DNA of 64,000 nucleotides from an uncultured Actinomycetes bacterium (GCA_963728735.1 CAVSLX010000010.1:12456-76455), one strand, 5' to 3'. Shown: positions 46,850-55,712, counted from the stretch's first letter. Notes: a model not told the origin generated them from the sequence alone. Program-made: numbers and translations.

Positions 46850-47856
46850 GACGGCTCCTGGAAGACGTGCCGTCCGATGGTCGCCGGATCGGGCTCGGCG
46901 GCCTCCCATGCGGCGCTGATCGCTTCCTCGACCTCGGCCTTCACCTCGGCGCGCAGGCGCTCGTCGGCGTCGTCGTCCAGTACTCCGTGCTCCTGCAGGT
47001 ACCGACCGAACTCCACCACCGGATCGTGGTGCCTCGCCGCTTCGACCTCCTCGCGTGATCGGTAGGACTTGTCGTCGTCATCGGACGTGTGGGGGAGGTA
47101 GCGGTACGTCTTGCACTCGACGAGCGTCGGCCCGTCGCCGCGGCGCGCTCGGTCGTGCGCCTGCTTCATGGCGGCGTAACAGCCGAGCACGTCGTTGCCA
47201 TCGACCACGACCCCGGGGAACCCGTAGCCGGCGGCACGGTCGGCGACGTGCTCGACCGCCATCTGCTTGGCTTGGGGCACGCTGATCGCGTAGTGGTTGT
47301 TCTCGCACACGAAGATCACCGGCAACCGATGGATCCCGGCGAAGTTCAGCGCCTCGTGCCAATCCCCGGCGCTCGTCGCCCCGTCGCCGAACCAGCACCC
47401 GACCACCGTGTCCTCGCCCCGATACCGGGCCGCGAAGGCGATGCCGGCCGCGTGCGGGAGCTGCGTCGCGATCGGCGAGGAGCCGGTGATGATCCCGAGG
47501 CGCCGCGACCCCCAGTGCGAGGGCATCTGCCGACCTCCCGACGACGGATCGTCGGCCTTCGCGAACACCCCGAGGAAGATCTCGTAGGGGGTCATGCCGG
47601 CGGCGAGGACGACGCCGACGTCGCGGTAGTAGGGGAGCCAGATGTCGATGCCGCGTCGCATGGCCCAGGCGGTGCCGATCTGGCATCCCTCGTGTCCGGC
47701 GCCCGGGACGACGAACGGCGCCCGTCCCATGCGGTTCTGGCGGAGCGCGGCCTCGTCGAGGAGGCGCGTCATCACGATCGTGCGGTACATGGCGAGGAGG
47801 TCGTCGGCCGTGAGCCCGAGCGCCTCATGGGGCGTCCCGGTCACCGGCGCGGACAC
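46846..47856 (-). CDS. 2-oxoacid dehydrogenase E1 component alpha subunit (BCKDH-like, TPP-binding)
   Basis: Motifs GRQMPSHWG, TPP motif GDGATSAGDWHEALNFAG..PVIFVCENNHYAIS, YRYLPHTSDDD. Start at GTG 47856 (SD GGGAGGT 6 nt upstream) is preferred over the Arg-rich extension to 47928. Confidence 0.9.
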   Translation of the reverse strand: MSAPVTGTPHEALGLTADDLLAMYRTIVMTRLLDEAALRQNRMGRAPFVVPGAGHEGCQIGTAWAMRRGIDIWLPYYRDVGVVLAAGMTPYEIFLGVFAKADDPSSGGRQMPSHWGSRRLGIITGSSPIATQLPHAAGIAFAARYRGEDTVVGCWFGDGATSAGDWHEALNFAGIHRLPVIFVCENNHYAISVPQAKQMAVEHVADRAAGYGFPGVVVDGNDVLGCYAAMKQAHDRARRGDGPTLVECKTYRYLPHTSDDDDKSYRSREEVEAARHHDPVVEFGRYLQEHGVLDDDADERLRAEVKAEVEEAISAAWEAAEPDPATIGRHVFQEPS

Positions 47857-47954
47857 GCGGCACCTCCCACCGCGGCGAGTGTACCCCCGGGCCGCCGACC
47901 GGACGGGCGGTTGGCGGAGTTCGATCACGACGACTGCTGCCCCGCTCCTCGTCC

Positions 47955-47971
47955 ATACCCCCTAGGGGTAT
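47955..47971. promoter_or_regulatory. CsoR-type operator: ATACCCC-cta-GGGGTAT inverted repeat
   Basis: Perfect 7-bp arms with a 3-nt spacer, immediately upstream of and overlapping the csoR -10 box. G/C-tract palindrome flanked by TA, as in described CsoR boxes. Confidence 0.65.
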
Positions 47972-47976
47972 ACAAT
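47971..47976 (+). promoter_or_regulatory. -10 box TACAAT, 7 nt upstream of csoR ATG 47984 (leaderless)
   Basis: TACAAT-cgtggtc-ATG. The first T is shared with the operator's right arm. Confidence 0.55.
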
Positions 47977-47983
47977 CGTGGTC

Positions 47984-48259
47984 ATGTACGGATACGCGAT
48001 GGACAAGGACCATCTGCAGACCCGCCTCCGCAGGATCGAAGGCCAGGTGCGCGGCCTCCAGCGGATGATCGATGAGGATCAGTACTGCATCGACATCCTG
48101 ACCCAGCTCAGCTCGGTCGCCGCGGCGCTCCGAGCGGTCGGCATGGGTGTGCTCGACGACCACGTGCGCCACTGCGTCGCCCAGAGCATCGAGAATGGTG
48201 ACGGCGATGCGAAGATCGAGGAGCTGATGGCCGCCGTGGCGCGCTTCACGGGGAAATGA
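47984..48259 (+). CDS. csoR: Copper-sensing CsoR/RcnR-family (DUF156) transcriptional repressor
   Basis: RLRRIEGQVRGLQRMI, and the Cu(I) ligand triad C-H-C (YCIDILTQ ... DDHVRHC). The ORF-track start GTG 47978 is rejected on promoter geometry. Confidence 0.85.
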   Translation: MYGYAMDKDHLQTRLRRIEGQVRGLQRMIDEDQYCIDILTQLSSVAAALRAVGMGVLDDHVRHCVAQSIENGDGDAKIEELMAAVARFTGK

Positions 48260-48380
48260 CGCTGCGCCCCGAGCGAGTGCGGCGGAAGGGCCGGGCGGGA
48301 ACAGGGCAGACGGTCCCCGCGTTGCGTACTTGGAGGCGTTCGCCCGGCCGCCGGCCCACGACCCGAGTGAGGACGATCTG

Positions 48381-49178
48381 ATGAGCACGACCACCCACGT
48401 CGACGTGACCGACACCGATTTCGAGCAGGTCGTGATCGAAGGATCGAAGGAGCGCCCCGTCGTCGTCGACATGTGGGCGGCATGGTGCGGCCCCTGCCGG
48501 ACCCTGGGTCCGATCCTCGAGAAGGTGGCCGATGAACGGGCCGGGGCCTTCCTGCTCGCGAAGCTCGACGTCGACGCCAACGCCGTGGGGCAGGCGTTGC
48601 TCCAGGCGGTGCAGAGCCAAGGGATCCCGACCGTCGTCGCCTTCAAGGACGGTGAGCCGGTCAGCATGTTCATCGGTGCCTACCCCGAGTCCGAGGTGAA
48701 CGCCTTCGTCGACCAGCTCCTCCCCAGCGACGAGGCGCTCGACGTCCCCGACGTCGACGCCGAGATCGAGGCCGTCGATCCCGAGGGCGCCGAGGACGGG
48801 ATGCGCGAAGCGCTCGCCACGGACCCGGACAACCGAGAGGCCGCCGTCGGCCTCGCGCGGCTCCTCGTCGCGCGAGGCGATCTCGACGGTGCTCGCCCCC
48901 TCGTGATGAAGCACCTGCCCGATCCTGAGGCCGAAGCGGTGCACGCCGCGATCGAGGTGAAGGAGTGGGCGTCCGAGCGGTCGAACGGCACCCTCGCATC
49001 CGCCAAGCGCCTCGCCGCGCAGGAACGCTGGCGTGAGGCCCTCGACGGCATGCTCGGGGCGCTGCAGGACGATCGGGACGCGGCGCGCCAGGCCATGGTG
49101 ACGGTGTTCGCCGCGCTGGGCGACGACGAGGAGCTCGTCCCGGAGTACCGGCGTCGCCTGACCGCATCCCTGTTCTGA
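48381..49178 (+). CDS. Thioredoxin-domain protein with a TPR-like C-terminal domain (YbbN/CnoX-like)
   Basis: Active site WAAWCGPC, then a helical TPR-like half (DPDNREAAVGLARLLVARGDLDGA..). Confidence 0.8.
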   Translation: MSTTTHVDVTDTDFEQVVIEGSKERPVVVDMWAAWCGPCRTLGPILEKVADERAGAFLLAKLDVDANAVGQALLQAVQSQGIPTVVAFKDGEPVSMFIGAYPESEVNAFVDQLLPSDEALDVPDVDAEIEAVDPEGAEDGMREALATDPDNREAAVGLARLLVARGDLDGARPLVMKHLPDPEAEAVHAAIEVKEWASERSNGTLASAKRLAAQERWREALDGMLGALQDDRDAARQAMVTVFAALGDDEELVPEYRRRLTASLF

Positions 49179-49182
49179 GCGA

Positions 49183-49188
49183 GATACT
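49183..49188 (+). promoter_or_regulatory. -10-like GATACT, 6 nt upstream of GTG 49195 (leaderless)
   Basis: GATACT-cggagc-GTG. A2 and T6 are conserved. Confidence 0.4.
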
Positions 49189-49194
49189 CGGAGC

Positions 49195-49938
49195 GTGACC
49201 GACGTCGACGAACCGATCCGGGCGTTCTGGGACCGCGACAGCTCCACCTACGACCGCTCACCCGGCCACGCGGTGACCGATCCGGTCGAGGCGGCGGCCT
49301 GGCGCCAGGTCCTGCGCGATGCGCTTCCCCCCGCTCCCGCTCGGGTCCTCGACGTGGGTGCCGGCACGGGGGCTCTCGCGCTCCTCGCCGCCGAGCTCGG
49401 CTTCGAGGTGACCGCGCTGGATCTGTCGCCCGGCATGCTCGATCGCGCGCGCAAGAAGGCGTCGGTGCGCGGTCTCGAGCTCGACTTCGTCGTCGGGTCG
49501 GCGAGCGAGCCGCCCGACGGTCCGTTCGACGCCGTGTTCGAGCGGCACGTCGTCTGGACCTTGCCTGATCCGGTGGAGGCGTTGACCGCCTGGCGCCGGT
49601 CGACGGCTCCGGGAGGCCTGCTCGTGCTGCTCGAGGCGATCTGGGGTCGGCGCGATCCGTGGACGAGCGCGAAGGGGAAGGCGGTCGAGCTGCTCCGAGC
49701 CTTCCACGGGGTCCCGAACGATCATCACGCGCCCTATCCCCCCGAGGTGCTCGCCCGCTTGCCGCTCGCCCGGATGCCATCGCCCGAGCCGCTCGTTCGG
49801 TTCGTCCACGAGGCCGGATGGCGCAGCGCCAGGATCCGCCGCCTCCGGGACGTGGAGTGGGCGCATCGACTCCTGCAGCCCGGGCTGCTCGGGCGACTCG
49901 AACAGCTGCCGCGCTACGCGCTGGTCGCCGAGGCCTGA
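49195..49938 (+). CDS. Class I SAM-dependent methyltransferase
   Basis: Motif I VLDVGAGTGALALLAAELG, post-I acidic DLSPGML. Confidence 0.75.
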   Translation: MTDVDEPIRAFWDRDSSTYDRSPGHAVTDPVEAAAWRQVLRDALPPAPARVLDVGAGTGALALLAAELGFEVTALDLSPGMLDRARKKASVRGLELDFVVGSASEPPDGPFDAVFERHVVWTLPDPVEALTAWRRSTAPGGLLVLLEAIWGRRDPWTSAKGKAVELLRAFHGVPNDHHAPYPPEVLARLPLARMPSPEPLVRFVHEAGWRSARIRRLRDVEWAHRLLQPGLLGRLEQLPRYALVAEA

Positions 49939-49961
49939 GCCGGCGGCTCCGGCGCGGCCTC

Positions 49962-50669
49962 TCAGGTCGGTCCGACGCCCAGCCCGGTGAAGGCCTCGAG
50001 CTCGGCGACGGGCGCGGACTCGAACGCGAGATCCAGCTCACGCTCCAGGGCGACCGTCAGCAGCGGCCGAACCTCGTCGACCGTGACCGGCCGGCCGAGG
50101 ATCTCGCTCAGCGATGTCACCCCGTGATCGGGGAGCCCGCAGGCGACGATCCCTCGGAACCATGAGAGCTCGGTGTCGCAGTTCACCGCCAACCCGTGCA
50201 TGGTCACACGGCCCCGTAGGAGCCGAACGCCGATCGCGCAGACCTTGTCGTCGCCGTGCCACACGCCGGTCTGGACGTCGTCGCGGCGGCCGACGGTTGC
50301 GCCGACCTGGGCGGCGGCATCGATCACCGCTCGCTCGAGGCGGCGCAGGTACCGGCCGGCGTCGGATGCGCGGCCGAGGTCGACGATCGGATACGCGACG
50401 AGCTGCCCCGGACCGTGGAACGTGAAGGCGCCGCCGCGATCGATCTTCCGGACGATCGCCCCCCGGGCCTCGATCGCCCGCTCGTCCCAGACGAGCTCCT
50501 CGGGTTTCGCGCGGCGCCCCGCCGTGAAGACCGGAGGATGCTCGAGCAGTACGACCGCGTCGGGGATCGACCCCTCGAGCCGGCGAGCCGCGAGCTCGTG
50601 CATCGCGGCGTTCGCGACGTCGTAGTCGGCGAGCCCCTCGGGGCGCACGAGCCAGGCGGGCCGTGTCAC
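49962..50669 (-). CDS. lipB: Lipoyl(octanoyl) transferase
   Basis: Motifs LLEHPPVFTAGRR, RGGAFTFHGPGQLVAYPI, KVCAIGVRL. Lies 7 nt downstream of the E2 stop. Confidence 0.9.
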   Translation of the reverse strand: MTRPAWLVRPEGLADYDVANAAMHELAARRLEGSIPDAVVLLEHPPVFTAGRRAKPEELVWDERAIEARGAIVRKIDRGGAFTFHGPGQLVAYPIVDLGRASDAGRYLRRLERAVIDAAAQVGATVGRRDDVQTGVWHGDDKVCAIGVRLLRGRVTMHGLAVNCDTELSWFRGIVACGLPDHGVTSLSEILGRPVTVDEVRPLLTVALERELDLAFESAPVAELEAFTGLGVGPT

Positions 50670-50676
50670 CGGCGCG

Positions 50677-52065
50677 CTAGAGCCCCAGGTCTTCGGCGAA
50701 GTCCCAGGTCTCGAGGCTCTCCTTCACCCTCGCCAGGAACCGTGTCGCGATCTCGCCGTCGATGAGGCGGTGGTCCCACGACATCGAGAGGTAGACCATG
50801 TGGCGCACCGCGATCGCGTCGTCGGCGACCACCACCGGGCGCTTCTGGATCGCGTCGAACGACAGGATGCCGACGTTGGGTTGATTGATGATGGGCACGC
50901 TCGCGAGGGATCCGTAGGGGCCGGGGTTCGTGACCGTGAAGGTCGCGCCCTGCACCTCGTCGGGACGAAGGTCGTGGGAACGGGCCCGCGCCGCGAGATC
51001 GGCGACGGCGCGAGCGATGCCCACGGTGTTCATGCCGTCGGCGCCCTTGATCACGGGGACGATGAGACCCGCGTCGTAGCTCACGGCGATGCCCATGTGC
51101 ACGTACCGGTGCATCACGACGTCGTCGCCGTCGAGCCGGGCGTTCACCATCGGGAACGCCTGCAGCGCGTCGATCGTCGCCCTGAGCACGAACGGCAAGT
51201 ACGTGAGCTTCGCACCGTGCCGCTCCTGGAACGCCTGCTTCGTGCGCTCGCGGAGTCGCACCAGGTGCTCCACGTTGGCCTCGACGAGGGTCCACGCGCG
51301 CGCGGTCTCGTTCACCGATGCGAGCATGTGTTTCGCGATCGCCTTGCGGATGTGGGAGACGGGCTGCACGTCGGTGCCACTCCCGGCGACCGCGGCCGGC
51401 GTCGGAGCCGCCGCTCGGGCACCGGCGGACGTGTCGGCCGCCGCCGGTGACGCCGGAGCGTCGTGTGCGGCCGCGGATTCGACGTCGCGCCGCGTGATGC
51501 GTCCGCCGGTTCCGGTCCCGCGGATCTGCGTGAGGTCGACGCCGTGCTCGTCGGCGAGCCTGCGGACGACCGGCGACAGGATCCTCGACCGGGGTCCCCG
51601 ATCGGGGATCTCGGCGGCCGCCCCCGCGCGAGGAACCGGCGACGACGAGCTGGGCGCCTGACCCTGTGTCGGCGCCGCAGACGCGGCGGTGCTTGCGGTT
51701 CCGGCGGCCCCGGCAACCGGGCTCGCGGGTTCCGCGGCCGGCGCGTCGGCCGCGGAACCGTCGACGACCGCCGATGCGCTCTCGGCGTCGGCCGTTCCAT
51801 CTCCACCGGCGTCAGGCGTTCCCGCTTCGGCGCCGTCGGCGATCTCGGCGAGCTCGGTGCCGACCGGCACCGTTTCGCCCTCGGGGACGAGGATCTTCGT
51901 CACCGTGCCGGCGACCGGCGAGGGCACCTCGGTGTCGACCTTGTCGGTCGAGATCTCGAACAGCGGCTCGTCGCGGGCGATCGGCTCGCCCTCGCGCTTC
52001 AGCCACTTGAGGATCGTTCCCTCGATGATCGTCTCACCGAGCTGCGGCATCTGGATCGTCGTCAT
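50677..52065 (-). CDS. Dihydrolipoamide acyltransferase (E2): lipoyl domain, E3-binding domain, catalytic domain
   Basis: Lipoyl-Lys motif EISTDKVDTEVPSP, Ala/Pro linkers, PSBD (ILSPVVRRLADEHGVDL), catalytic DHRLIDG. Confidence 0.9.
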   Translation of the reverse strand: MTTIQMPQLGETIIEGTILKWLKREGEPIARDEPLFEISTDKVDTEVPSPVAGTVTKILVPEGETVPVGTELAEIADGAEAGTPDAGGDGTADAESASAVVDGSAADAPAAEPASPVAGAAGTASTAASAAPTQGQAPSSSSPVPRAGAAAEIPDRGPRSRILSPVVRRLADEHGVDLTQIRGTGTGGRITRRDVESAAAHDAPASPAAADTSAGARAAAPTPAAVAGSGTDVQPVSHIRKAIAKHMLASVNETARAWTLVEANVEHLVRLRERTKQAFQERHGAKLTYLPFVLRATIDALQAFPMVNARLDGDDVVMHRYVHMGIAVSYDAGLIVPVIKGADGMNTVGIARAVADLAARARSHDLRPDEVQGATFTVTNPGPYGSLASVPIINQPNVGILSFDAIQKRPVVVADDAIAVRHMVYLSMSWDHRLIDGEIATRFLARVKESLETWDFAEDLGL

Positions 52066-52081
52066 CGACCGCTCACGTCTC

Positions 52082-52133
52082 CCATCTCACCGGGCCATCT
52101 CACCGGGCCATCTCACCGGGCCATCTCACCAGG
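52082..52133. repeat. 13-bp tandem repeat x4 (CCATCTCACCGGG; the last copy has one mismatch) in the E1-beta/E2 junction
   Basis: Direct reading: units at 52082, 52095, 52108 and 52121. The fourth unit contains the E1-beta stop codon. Confidence 0.95.
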
Positions 52134-53168
52134 CGGACAGCCGCTCGACGGCGGCCTCGATGTCGGCGACCTGGGGCAGGAACGCGTCTTCGAGGGGTGG
52201 GGAGAACGGCACCGGCAGGTTCGGCGGCGAGAGCCGCTCGACGGGAGCGTCGAGGTGCTCGAAGGCCTTCTCCGCGATCATCGCGGCAACCTCGGCGCCG
52301 ATGCCGACGAATCGGTACGACTCCGAGAGCACCACGGCACGCGATGTCTTCGCGATCGACCGAAGGACGGTCTCTTCGTCGAGCGGATAGACGGTGCGCA
52401 GGTCGACGACCTCGGTTGAGATGCCCTTGGCCTGCAGGGATCCGCCGCTTCGAGCGCTTTGTGGACCATCGCGCCGTAGGTGATGACGGACACGTCGGTG
52501 CCCTCGCGGCGAACCTTGGCCTCGCCGATCGGCACGAGGAAGTCGGGCTGTTCCGGCACGAGCTCCTTGATGCGCCGGTAGATCCACTTGTGCTCGAGGA
52601 ACAGGACCGGGTTGTCGTCGCGGATCGCGCTCTTCAGGAGTCCCTTCGCGTCGCTGGGGAACGCCGGGGCGACGACCTTGATGCCACCGGCATGGGCCAC
52701 CCACGGCTCGGGATTCGTCGAGTGGAACGACGACGCTCGCACGCCGCCGCCCGAGGGGCCGCGAAGCACGACCGGCATCGGCACGCCGCTCCGGTAGTGG
52801 TAGCGCGACAGGACGGTGGTGATCTCGTCGTACCCGCTCGACATGAAATCCGCGTACTGGAACTCCGCGACCGGGCGGAACCCTTCCATCGCCGACCCGA
52901 CCGCCATCCCCACGATCGTCTCCTCGGCGATGGGCGTGTCGATCACCCGATCCTCACCGAATCGCTCGATGAAGCCTTCGGTCACCTTGAAGGCACCGCC
53001 GTAGTCGCCGATGTCCTCGCCGAGCATGTAGACGCGCTCGTCGCGCTCCATCTCCTCCCACAACGCCTCGGCGATCGCGACGAGGTACGTCGCCTGGCCA
53101 TCGTCGCCCCGCTTGCCCCGAGGTTCCGCGCCGTGGCCGGCCGCTCCTGTCTCCACCTTCTGGGCCAC
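52126..53168 (-). pseudogene. 2-oxoacid (pyruvate-type) dehydrogenase E1 beta subunit with the reading frame broken once
   Basis: N-terminal two thirds (..LGEDIGDYGGAFKVT..RVIDTPIAEE..FQYADFM..YGAMVHKALEAA) are in one frame. The C-terminal third (SLQAKGISTEVVDLRTVYPLDEE..) is in another. Length is 3n+2, with one base missing near 52442. Confidence 0.85.
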
Positions 53169-54227
53169 CTAGGCCTCCGTCCCGCCGCCGCGGCCCGGCT
53201 CGCTCGTCCAGTAGCCGTCGTCGGTCCAGTTGCCCTTGAAGGCGTCCGCCGGCTCGGGGAACGGTGAGGCGAGCGCGTATGCGTAGCCCTCGTCGAACTC
53301 CTTCTCGATCCTCGCCTGGAGGTCGTCGAGGTCGTCCTTCGTGACGACGCCCCAGCCCAGCAGCAGCTCCTCGTAGTTCTTCACGGGGTCCTTGTCGGCC
53401 ACGTGCTCCTCGAGCAGCTCCTTCGGGACGTATTTCGCGGGGTCGTGCCCCGCGTGGCCACGCCACCGGAGCGACACCGACTCGATCAGCGTCGGACCGC
53501 CCCCGTCACGAGCGCGTCCGACGGCTTCGCGCGCCGCATCGTAGACCTCGAGCACGTTCGCACCGTTGACGCGGACCCCCGGCATGCCGTAGGCAGCGGC
53601 CCGCTCAGCGATCGTCGGCACCGCGAACTCGCGTCGGTTCGGCGTCGAGTACGCGAACCCGTTGTTGTTCACGATCCACACGACCGGCAGGCGGAAGACC
53701 GCCGACCAGTTCAAGGACTCGTGCCAGCGGCCGTTCGACGTGGCGCCGTCGCCACAGATCGCCATGGCGACGCGACGATCGCCGCGCCGCTGGTAGGCCC
53801 ACGCGGCGCCGATGGCGACGGGGTAGGCGATCGGCAGGTGCGACATCACGGTGAACGTCTTGGCCCCCTGCCAATCGCCGATGTGGCTGTTGCCGTCACG
53901 CCCTCGGGTATAGCCGTCGATCCGTCCCCAGAACTGTGCCATGACCCGCTTCAGATCGAGCCCCTTCGTGAGCTGTGCCGTGAGGTCGCGGTGGGTGGGG
54001 AACAGCGAGTCGCCGTCGTCGAGCGCGTAGGCCACGCCCACGTGCGTTCCCTCTTGCCCGCGTCCCGAGTAGATCGCGCCGGGAAGGCGCCCTTGCCGAT
54101 AGAGGGCCTCCATCCGCTCGTCGAAGTACCGGGCGAGCTTGAGGAGATGGAGCACCTCCTTCAGCCGGTCATCCGGCAGTGGCCGTGCCGCGGAGGTTTC
54201 GTCGTCGGTGCGGACCTTCGTGGCCAC
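53169..54227 (-). CDS. 2-oxoacid (pyruvate-type) dehydrogenase E1 alpha subunit
   Basis: SD GAAGGAG lies before GTG 54227. Motifs THRDL, TPP motif GDGATSNGRWHESLNWSAVFRLPVVWIVNNNGFAYST. The TAG stop abuts the beta-subunit GTG. Confidence 0.9.
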   Translation of the reverse strand: MATKVRTDDETSAARPLPDDRLKEVLHLLKLARYFDERMEALYRQGRLPGAIYSGRGQEGTHVGVAYALDDGDSLFPTHRDLTAQLTKGLDLKRVMAQFWGRIDGYTRGRDGNSHIGDWQGAKTFTVMSHLPIAYPVAIGAAWAYQRRGDRRVAMAICGDGATSNGRWHESLNWSAVFRLPVVWIVNNNGFAYSTPNRREFAVPTIAERAAAYGMPGVRVNGANVLEVYDAAREAVGRARDGGGPTLIESVSLRWRGHAGHDPAKYVPKELLEEHVADKDPVKNYEELLLGWGVVTKDDLDDLQARIEKEFDEGYAYALASPFPEPADAFKGNWTDDGYWTSEPGRGGGTEA

Positions 54228-54258
54228 GTGGCTCCTTCGTGTCTCGTCGTACGTCGCG

Positions 54259-55662
54259 CTAGGGGGAGTGCAGCGGCTTGCCGGCGAGGGCGAGGAACGC
54301 CTCGCCGATCCCTTCGGACAGGGTGGGATGCGGATGGTGCATCACGGCGACCTCGTCGGGGGTCGCCTCCCAGGCGGTGATGAGCATCGCCTCCGACACG
54401 AGGTCGGTGACGTGCGGTCCGATCATGTGGACGCCGAGGGTCGGCCCCCCGCCCGCTTCGGCGACGACCTTCACGAATCCGCCCTCGCTCACGATGTTCG
54501 CCTTGCCGATGCCGCGGAAGTCGAGCTTCGTCGTGACGATGTCGCGGCCGTCCTCAACCGCCTGCGCCTCGGTCAGCCCGACGCTCGCGATCTCGGGGGA
54601 GCAGTAGGTCACCTTCGGCACCAACGCGTAGTCGATCGCCGGAACGTCCTGGCCGGCGATGCGTTCAGCGACCGCGTAGCCCTCGTCGAACGAGACGTGG
54701 GCGAGCTGCAACGGGGTCGCCGCGACGTCGCCGATCGCCCACACGCGCTCGACGTTCGTCAGCAGGTGCTCGTCGACGTTCACGTAGCCCTTCTCGTGCA
54801 TCGATACCCCGAGTTCCTCGAGCCCCAGCCCGTCCGTGACGGGCCCTCGACCGATCGCGATCAAACAGATCTCGGCGACCACGGTCTCGACCGCGTTCGC
54901 CTCGGATCCGCCGCCTGCGCTCGGCTCATACGTCACCTCGACCGTCTCGCCCGTGTCCTTGACCGATCGCACCGAGGCGCCTGCGACCGCTGTGATCCCG
55001 CGTTTGCGGAACGCTCGAGCGACCTCTTTCGAGACCTCCGCGTCTTCGAGGGGCGCGAGGCCGGGGAGCGCCTCGAGCAGGGTGACCTCGGCACCGAAGG
55101 ATCGGTACATCGAGGCGAACTCGAGCCCCACGGCTCCGGCGCCGATGACGATCGCCGAGTCGGGGAGCCGGTCGAGGCGGAGCGCCTCGTCGCTCGTGAT
55201 GATCCGGTCGGTGCGCTCGACGCCGGGGAGCAACCGGGGGCGCGAGCCGGTCGCGATCACGACGTGGTCGGTCCGGATCACGCGCCCGTCGATCTCGACG
55301 CCGGGACCGGGGACGAGCCGCGCGCTCCCTCGGACGACCTCGATCCCGCGAGCCTTCACGAGCCCGGTGAGTCCCTTGATGTTCTTGTCGACGATCGCTT
55401 CTTCGAAGTCGCGGACCGCGCTCCAGTCGGGCTCTCCCGAAGCTTTGATGCCCCAGGTGGCCGCTCGATTCACGGTGTCGAGGACCGTCGCCGACTGCAG
55501 GAGCGCCTTCGTCGGGATGCAACCGCGGATCAGGCACGTGCCGCCGAGACGGTCGTCACGTTCGACCAACGCCACCCGTTGGCCCAGCTGCGCGGCACGG
55601 AGCGCGGCCGAGTAGCCACCGGTTCCCGCGCCAACGACGACGACATCGAAGGCATCCGCCAT
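54259..55662 (-). CDS. lpd: Dihydrolipoyl dehydrogenase (E3)
   Basis: FAD motif VVVGAGTGGYSAA, redox-active GGTCLIRGCIPTK, NAD motif IGAGAVGLEFA, C-terminal HPHPTLSE. Start at ATG 55662. Confidence 0.95.
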   Translation of the reverse strand: MADAFDVVVVGAGTGGYSAALRAAQLGQRVALVERDDRLGGTCLIRGCIPTKALLQSATVLDTVNRAATWGIKASGEPDWSAVRDFEEAIVDKNIKGLTGLVKARGIEVVRGSARLVPGPGVEIDGRVIRTDHVVIATGSRPRLLPGVERTDRIITSDEALRLDRLPDSAIVIGAGAVGLEFASMYRSFGAEVTLLEALPGLAPLEDAEVSKEVARAFRKRGITAVAGASVRSVKDTGETVEVTYEPSAGGGSEANAVETVVAEICLIAIGRGPVTDGLGLEELGVSMHEKGYVNVDEHLLTNVERVWAIGDVAATPLQLAHVSFDEGYAVAERIAGQDVPAIDYALVPKVTYCSPEIASVGLTEAQAVEDGRDIVTTKLDFRGIGKANIVSEGGFVKVVAEAGGGPTLGVHMIGPHVTDLVSEAMLITAWEATPDEVAVMHHPHPTLSEGIGEAFLALAGKPLHSP

Positions 55663-55672
55663 CCGAAACGGC

Positions 55673-55678
55673 AGTCTA
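55673..55678 (-). promoter_or_regulatory. -10 box TAGACT, 10 nt upstream of lpd ATG (very short leader)
   Basis: Minus strand reads TAGACT-gccgtttcgg-ATG. Confidence 0.4.
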
Positions 55679-55712
55679 CCGCCCTTCGCCGCTGGAACCC
55701 GTCGGCGCCGGT

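Noticed and set aside
47978-47983. GTG 47978 as the csoR start (the ORF-track start).
   Set aside because: It lies 1 nt after the TACAAT box. ATG 47984 fits the leaderless spacing and gives a normal 91-aa CsoR.
52082-52133. The 13-bp repeats as a possible CRISPR or mini-array.
   Set aside because: The repeats are directly abutting with no spacers. The unit is far too short, and no cas genes are present.
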